This document shows positions 1 to 5,305 of a stretch of DNA of 8,312 bases, piece by piece. Each line of letters opens with the position of its first letter. The first letter of the stretch is position 1. Where the stretch lies: positions 1 through 8,312 of the forward strand of contig JADGIF010000449.1 of NCBI GenBank assembly GCA_018985225.1, in the 5' to 3' direction. A program made the translations under genes and the position numbers. A model generated the notes under the pieces. It searched no databases, was not told the DNA's origin, and worked only from the letters and a program-made list of their open reading frames with translations. This stretch comes from Amoeboradix gromovi X-113 (Eukaryota; Fungi; Sanchytriomycota).

Positions 1-142
1 TACTTCAATTCATGAGCAGTGTATACATGAAACTCACAAGTGCGAGCCTCAAGCTGAAATCAAAGAGGTGCAGTATTGGAATGCAACATAGAGACTGGAA
101 TATGACAATCTCAGTTTTATTCTATTTCTTGATTGTCGCAAG

Positions 143-168
143 GTACTTCAACTTTCCTAGTAATTCAG
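143..168 (+). other. Candidate 26-nt intron in an unidentified partial upstream gene
   Basis: AAG|GTACTTCAACTTTCCTAGTAATTCAG|: GT donor after exonic AG, and the same TAAT-N-YAG 3' end as the 19-nt intron. There is no protein homology to confirm it. Confidence 0.25.
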
Positions 169-544
169 AGTGAAGATTTCATGATATGTTTGCTACAAAA
201 CAAACGCAGATATCAAATGACTATTAAGATGCAATCTAACCTATACATTCAGTCCTAGTTTTATTTAAATAAAGCTATTTCTTAGCTTAGCAGGAATGAA
301 ATCGTATCATTTCAAACTCCGGATTATAAACTAAATGTGTAGCTCAAGTTTTGCTCGTATTCAAACTGGTACTTTTTACTTGAAGGCATTTCGAGTGTAT
401 TTGATTATGTTTAATGTAGTCAGCACTGGTTTAAAACTCTTAAAACCAAGCAGGCAGGATATAAGGTATAGAATAAAATATATCCCCTTCGCAGTTACAA
501 CTGGGAAGCAAAATTTACACTATTTGATGTACTTCCGTGTTGCG

Positions 545-552
545 TATAAATA
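545..552 (+). promoter_or_regulatory. TATA-like box (TATAAATA) upstream of NHP2
   Basis: Matches TATAWAWR and lies about 50 nt before the ATG at 599. Motif match only, in AT-rich DNA. Confidence 0.2.
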
Positions 553-561
553 ATAAAATAT

Positions 562-582
562 GTGAAAGAAAGATTATAATAG
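562..582 (+). other. Candidate 21-nt intron splitting an upstream NHP2 start codon (AT|G)
   Basis: AT|GTGAAAGAAAGATTATAATAG|G GAG ACC: removal gives ATG GAG ACC CTC CTT GAA ATG in frame with NHP2 and deletes the in-frame TGA at 563-565. The donor is weak and other explanations exist. Confidence 0.3.
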
Positions 583-598
583 GGAGACCCTCCTTGAA

Positions 599-994
599 AT
601 GACTGGAATCGCTTCCCCTCGTGCAACTGAAAAACTAAATAAAAAGATATTAAAAGCATTAAAAAAGGGATTCAAGTGCTATTCGCTCCGAAGAGGTGTT
701 AAAGAGGTTAACAAAGCATTACGAAAGAATGAAAAAGGTATTGTAATCATTGCCGCAAATACTACACCGTTAGATTTAATCAGTCACTTGCCATTATGGT
801 GTGAGGAAAAAGACATTCCTTACATTTTTGTTGACAGTAAGAGTGAGTTGGGTGACGCAAGTCAAAGTAATCAAGGCGTTGTTGCTTGTATGTTGACTAC
901 AAAAGGCCGAAAGTCTGCGGACGAAAAGTATATTTTAGAATATAAAGAGGCTTTGGAATATTTAGATTCTGAAGTGAAGCAATTAGTAAATTAG
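599..994 (+). CDS. NHP2: H/ACA ribonucleoprotein complex subunit 2 (Nhp2, L7Ae/L30e family); true 5' end may lie slightly upstream
   Basis: Translation IASPRATEKLNKKILK...LRRGVKEVNKALRKNEKGIVIIAA...ISHLPLWCEEKDIPYIFVDSKSELG follows the Nhp2 pattern (yeast FAKPLASKKLNKKVLK...KRGVKEVVKALRKGEKGLVVIAG...ISHIPVLCEDHSVPYIFIPSKQDLG). RGVKEV distinguishes it from Snu13/15.5K (KGANEA). Ends with TAG at 992-994 at a length typical for the family. Confidence 0.9.
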   Translation: MTGIASPRATEKLNKKILKALKKGFKCYSLRRGVKEVNKALRKNEKGIVIIAANTTPLDLISHLPLWCEEKDIPYIFVDSKSELGDASQSNQGVVACMLTTKGRKSADEKYILEYKEALEYLDSEVKQLVN

Positions 995-1045
995 TTTAGA
1001 ATTTATTCGAGATGTAGATTTCTGTAACATATCTTACTGAAACAC

Positions 1046-4000
1046 ATGAACTCCGGCAAGAAGATCAGCTACATGAGTCCAGAACAGTTCGATCAATTTT
1101 CACCAAACGAACACTCAAGCCAGGAGCCTGACTTTGTGGGGAAACTGAATAGCAACCTAACCAAAGGGAGATCTCAAATACCTCGTCAGAGAAGCATTCG
1201 TCGAAAGCAGGAGTCTGGTGAGTACATTAAAAGCATGAGAAAACTTCCTACCACAATGAAGCGTACATACCACTACGATCAGCCACTATCTAAAACTAGA
1301 AAGATTTGGTCCAAATTTGCATGCTGCATTACAATTTTTGTTCCTAGTTGCTGCATGCGTAAATGCGGACTTCGCACTGATGCTCAACAAGTAGCTTGGC
1401 GAGAAAAGATCAGTTTAGTAGTAATAATAATATTCATCGCTCTTTTTGTGGGTTTTTTGACTTTCGGTTTCCAGCAAATAGTATGTGGTATTAGCCCTTA
1501 TCGTTACAAATATGATGAAATGAAAGGTGCGGTCGTCACTATTCGTGGTGAAGGTTACGATTTTTCTACTTATCAACACCCTGGTGGCAGTGAAAAGCTT
1601 CCTTCCGGTGGAGTTGATTTTCTCGAGTTCGATGACTCTTTTACTCCTTTGCAGCGTGATTTGTCTTTTATGTTTTCTGACTCCACTCCATGCACAGTGC
1701 TATTTGGCAATGATGCTCTGTCTCAAATGTTTCACTGTACAATAGGCGGTGAAGACCCCTCTAGCGCAAAAAAAATATCAGGTGTCAGAGAAGCGTGCCA
1801 TACATCTGATGCTCCTGTTGCATACAGCCAGGTACTCTCATGGAGGAAGTCTGTCATTGTGTATTTGGATTGGCCCTCGATAGTGTCTTCTAGTAATTAC
1901 GCCGTCTATAATAACTTTGTACTGGACTTGAACAAAATGAGCCTACTAAAAAAGAAGTATGACCTATCGGATTTAAACGGATTTGATTTTAATCAATTCA
2001 AGGCAGATTATGCAGGAAAGGATTCCACTCTCTTCTTTAATACATCTCCAGAAAAGAGATTGATAGGGCAATGTTTCCAAAACATCTTATCGGTCGCTCG
2101 TATTGATGCAGATACAGCAGGATGTATCATCACCGACATAGTACTTTACACCTCTTTGATATTCATTATAGGTGTTGTGTTGATTCGGTTTATATTGGCT
2201 GTATGCTATTCTTGGTTTCTCAGTCATGATATTGGTACCGCGCTTACCATGGATCAAAAACAAGAGATAATGATAAAAAAACAACAGCAAAATGAGTATT
2301 GGCTTAAATTTCAAAAAAAAGGTCAACCTCAATCTCTGCTCTTTGGTCAGTACTCGCAATATAAAAACCAGTCGTACTACGAACCAAATCAGGCTGCCGT
2401 GTCGAATAGAAACTCTGTGCAATCAATATCTTCATTGACATCGCCAACCGGTTTCACTAACCCATCGGCATCAAACGATGCCTTAGCGTCACCTCTGATC
2501 GGCCAGTTTATCCAGTTAGAAGTCATGCACGTCATACTTTTAGTCACCGCTTATTCTGAAGATGAGGATGGCTTGAGGAACACTTTAACTTCATTAGCGA
2601 ACACAAATTACAGCGATGATCATAAGTTATTGCTGGTGATATGCGATGGAATTATTGTGGGAAGCGGCAACACTTTGAGCACTCCTGAGATTGTGGTTGA
2701 TATGATGGAGTTAGACGATGCGTTTGGAGACCCTATCGCATATAGTTATGTTAGCATAGCTGATGGAAGTAAAAGACATAATATGGCCAAGATATACGCT
2801 GGGTGGTTTAATACCAGCACTCATAAAGTGCCAATGATTGCAATAATAAAAACTGGAACACCTGAAGAAGCAAACAATAACAAGCCTGGGAACAGAGGTA
2901 AAAGAGACTCGCAGATCATTTTAATGAACTTTCTGCTAAAAGTAACGTTCGACGATCGTATGACGCCTTTAGAATATGACTTGTTCCAAAAAATGCAATA
3001 TTTGTGTAGAGTTAGTCCAGACGTCTTTGAATCATGTTTAATGGTAGATGCGGACACAATAGTTGACTACCAATCATTGCCTATTATTGTTTCTTCCTTT
3101 ACAAAGGATGATGCCATTATTGGACTTTGTGGTGAAACTAGAATTAGCAATAAAACAGATTCTTGGGTATCCTGGATTCAAGTATTTGAATATTACTTAG
3201 CGCATCATAATGCTAAAGCATTTGAAAGTGTATTTGGTGGAGTTACCTGCTTGCCTGGATGCTTTTGCGCTTATCGAATAAAGGCACCTAAAGGCGATGG
3301 TTTTTTTGTACCTATACTCGGTAACCCTGAGATTGTAGAACAATACAGTGAGAATGTGGTAGACACACTACACAAGAAGAATCTTTATTTACTAGGAGAA
3401 GATCGATTTTTGTCCACAATTATGCTTAAAACCTTCCCTAGACGTAAGTTTATGTTTATACCTCAAGCGCTATGCAAAACAGAAGTACCGAAAACATTTA
3501 AAGTGTTATTGAGTCAGCGGCGTAGGTGGATTAACAGCACAATTCACAATTTATTAGAATTAGTGCTGGTGAGCGATTTATGTGGAACTTTCTGTATCTC
3601 TATGCAATTTGTAATATTTATGGAACTAGTTGGTACTGTTGTCTTGCCAGCAGCTATAGCTTTTACTATTTGGCTAATATTTAGCAGCATTTTCATTTCG
3701 CCTTCTTGGATTCCATTGGTGTTGCTAATGGCAATATTGGGACTGCCAGCATTGTTAATCGGGTTGACTACACTTAGATGGCATTATATTGGATGGATGC
3801 TAATATATCTGCTATCTTTGCCTGTATGGAACTTTATTTTGCCAATATATGCTTTTTGGCATTTCGATGACTTCAGCTGGGGAGACACTCGAATTATTAG
3901 TGGGCAAGTCTTGGAAAGCGAAGAGAAAGGTCAGTTTGATTCGTCTAAAATTGTAATGAAGAGATATAACGAGTGGAAAATGTTGCAAAAAAGAGGAGTA

Positions 4001-4162
4001 GTATTGAGAGATCAGCTAGTTAGCGCAGGAATAGTTAACAACAGCGCTAATGAGGATAACAATAAATCTTATTATGGCGGACACTCAGAAACTGGGATGA
4101 GCAGTGTGGTAACAATGCCGCAGACCTCACCCATAGAACTAAAGGAAAAGAGGAAATATTAA
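1046..4162 (+). CDS. Chitin synthase, division 2 class IV (Chs3-like; GT2 Chitin_synth_2 domain), 1038 aa, no myosin motor domain
   Basis: N-terminal membrane segment (AWREKISLVVII...GFLTFGF), cytochrome b5-like luminal region (IRGEGYDF...HPG; GKDST; IDADTAGC), and catalytic motifs VTAYSE, ICDG, KPGNRGKRDSQ, MVDADT, IQVFEYY, VTCLPGCF, LGEDRFL (GEDR at 3395-3406) and SQRRRWINST (QRRRW at 3515-3529). These are followed by C-terminal hydrophobic helices and WHFDDFSWGDTR. One uninterrupted ORF. Confidence 0.95.
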   Translation: MNSGKKISYMSPEQFDQFSPNEHSSQEPDFVGKLNSNLTKGRSQIPRQRSIRRKQESGEYIKSMRKLPTTMKRTYHYDQPLSKTRKIWSKFACCITIFVPSCCMRKCGLRTDAQQVAWREKISLVVIIIFIALFVGFLTFGFQQIVCGISPYRYKYDEMKGAVVTIRGEGYDFSTYQHPGGSEKLPSGGVDFLEFDDSFTPLQRDLSFMFSDSTPCTVLFGNDALSQMFHCTIGGEDPSSAKKISGVREACHTSDAPVAYSQVLSWRKSVIVYLDWPSIVSSSNYAVYNNFVLDLNKMSLLKKKYDLSDLNGFDFNQFKADYAGKDSTLFFNTSPEKRLIGQCFQNILSVARIDADTAGCIITDIVLYTSLIFIIGVVLIRFILAVCYSWFLSHDIGTALTMDQKQEIMIKKQQQNEYWLKFQKKGQPQSLLFGQYSQYKNQSYYEPNQAAVSNRNSVQSISSLTSPTGFTNPSASNDALASPLIGQFIQLEVMHVILLVTAYSEDEDGLRNTLTSLANTNYSDDHKLLLVICDGIIVGSGNTLSTPEIVVDMMELDDAFGDPIAYSYVSIADGSKRHNMAKIYAGWFNTSTHKVPMIAIIKTGTPEEANNNKPGNRGKRDSQIILMNFLLKVTFDDRMTPLEYDLFQKMQYLCRVSPDVFESCLMVDADTIVDYQSLPIIVSSFTKDDAIIGLCGETRISNKTDSWVSWIQVFEYYLAHHNAKAFESVFGGVTCLPGCFCAYRIKAPKGDGFFVPILGNPEIVEQYSENVVDTLHKKNLYLLGEDRFLSTIMLKTFPRRKFMFIPQALCKTEVPKTFKVLLSQRRRWINSTIHNLLELVLVSDLCGTFCISMQFVIFMELVGTVVLPAAIAFTIWLIFSSIFISPSWIPLVLLMAILGLPALLIGLTTLRWHYIGWMLIYLLSLPVWNFILPIYAFWHFDDFSWGDTRIISGQVLESEEKGQFDSSKIVMKRYNEWKMLQKRGVVLRDQLVSAGIVNNSANEDNNKSYYGGHSETGMSSVVTMPQTSPIELKEKRKY

Positions 4163-4168
4163 AATAAA
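4163..4168 (+). promoter_or_regulatory. Putative polyadenylation signal AATAAA of the chitin synthase gene
   Basis: AATAAA begins on the first base after the TAA stop (4160-4162). The AT-rich background weakens this. Confidence 0.4.
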
Positions 4169-4946
4169 TCGATTATTATATTCTCAGATATACTTTAAAT
4201 ATCGGTTTCAGTTTGAAAAGCAACAAAAGTCCAATGTTAACGCGAATTTGCAATAGTACCACTCGGGCATGCTTTAGGAAGGGTAGGCTGGGTACAAAAA
4301 GATTGACGAACAGAATGGCATCGTCTAATTGTACTGTTTTCAAATACCCGTCATATAGCACCCATAAAAACATAAAAAGAATCTAACCGGATCTTTTTAT
4401 TAACTGTAAAAACATCACTAGCACATTTATTTGAAAATTTGGAGATGATATAAACAATTCTCTGTTGAGTAAGCGCAGAGTGTGAATATGTAATATACTA
4501 ATACGGAAAGCATGAGAAAACAATTAGAAAATGATTAACTGTGCTAATGGCAGTTACTATCAAAACTAATGGGCCATTGCGTTACTAGAATTTAACTAAG
4601 GTATGCACTTTTTAGAAAGAAACTGTTTTTCCTAGCTTTTAGGAAAGTGATTGCATGTACTAGAGTCTTCAAAGATTATCTCAGAGCCCCGAGATGATCT
4701 AACCTTGCTCATTGTGATATATTCTTGGGCTAATATGCGAATGGATGCTCCAAGAGTCTTAATTCCGTAGAAGATCTTCTAAGCATTGATGAAAGATCTG
4801 CCAAGAAAAGAAGAGATATTGCTAAAGGGTGACTTGCTATGGCATAAATGGTAGGAATTATTCAACTCGGTTTGCTTTAATTATTTCAACATGTTCATTA
4901 TGGTATCTGGAGGTAGAGTAACAGAATTTACTGAAGTGGTTAAAAA

Positions 4947-5237
4947 TTATCTCAAAACTCTGTCTTCATTATTTCTTCTTTTGAAGACTGCATTAATAGT
5001 AGTTCGAGGATGAACAGATCTTTGGAGAAGATTGTGAATCATTTGCTGATTATCAGTTGCATTGGGCTCGATAGTGGGGATGAATGCTTGGGCTGCAGGT
5101 CTATTAGATTGGTTGTTAGATCTTGCATTAAATACAGGATGACTAGGAGCATTGGGGTTTTGTCTAGAATTAATATTTCTATTGCTCAAGGTTGATCTAT
5201 TAGAGCTAGATCGATTTGAATAAATTTTGGAAACCAT
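4947..5237 (-). CDS. Hypothetical low-complexity Asn/Ser/Arg-rich 96-aa ORF, possibly the 5' part of a longer decayed gene
   Basis: ATG-initiated 96-codon ORF not overlapping a recognised gene, with four SNR tripeptides. No recognisable domain. The frame continues beyond the stop (see findings). Confidence 0.35.
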   Translation of the reverse strand: MVSKIYSNRSSSNRSTLSNRNINSRQNPNAPSHPVFNARSNNQSNRPAAQAFIPTIEPNATDNQQMIHNLLQRSVHPRTTINAVFKRRNNEDRVLR

Positions 5238-5299
5238 GCCGTTTATGACCTATATATGTGTAAGTTAATAAAAACTGAGGCGACGACTAAAATTATAAA

Positions 5300-5305
5300 T
5301 TTATT
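5300..5305 (-). promoter_or_regulatory. Putative polyadenylation signal AATAAA overlapping the tandem TAA TAA stops of the GEF gene
   Basis: Minus strand CAG TAA TAA ATT contains AATAAA within the two stop codons. Confidence 0.4.

Noticed and set aside
335-553. 72-aa plus-strand ORF upstream of NHP2
   Set aside because: No recognisable motif, and it lies where the NHP2 promoter is expected. Its TAA TAA/AATAAA end is not enough evidence in AT-rich DNA.
992-1048. NHP2 and the chitin synthase are in the same frame (readthrough fusion?)
   Set aside because: Two stops (TAG 992-994, TAA 1025-1027) intervene, frame sharing has a 1-in-3 chance, and the functions and locations are unrelated.
1527-3057. 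ORFs 1527-1745 (+), 2087-2422 (-) and 2821-3057 (-)
   Set aside because: Alternative-frame or antisense shadows wholly inside the chitin synthase CDS, with no motifs.
4176-4373. 65-aa hydrophobic minus-strand ORF as a standalone gene (likewise 5010-5195 +)
   Set aside because: The composition reflects T-rich sequence and no family is recognised; 5010-5195 is antisense to the 96-aa ORF.
4581-4619. Plus-strand tiny-intron-like strings GTTACTAGAATTTAACTAAG (4581-4600) and GTATGCACTTTTTAG (4601-4615)
   Set aside because: No splicing combination I tried gave a sustained ORF.
4768-4781. 14-bp perfect palindrome TAGAAGATCTTCTA
   Set aside because: About one palindrome of this length is expected by chance in 8 kb of AT-rich DNA.
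4786-4934. Box C-like TGATGA and box D CTGA suggesting a C/D snoRNA
   Set aside because: No convincing terminal stem or recognisable rRNA-complementary guide, and the boxes are short enough to occur by chance.
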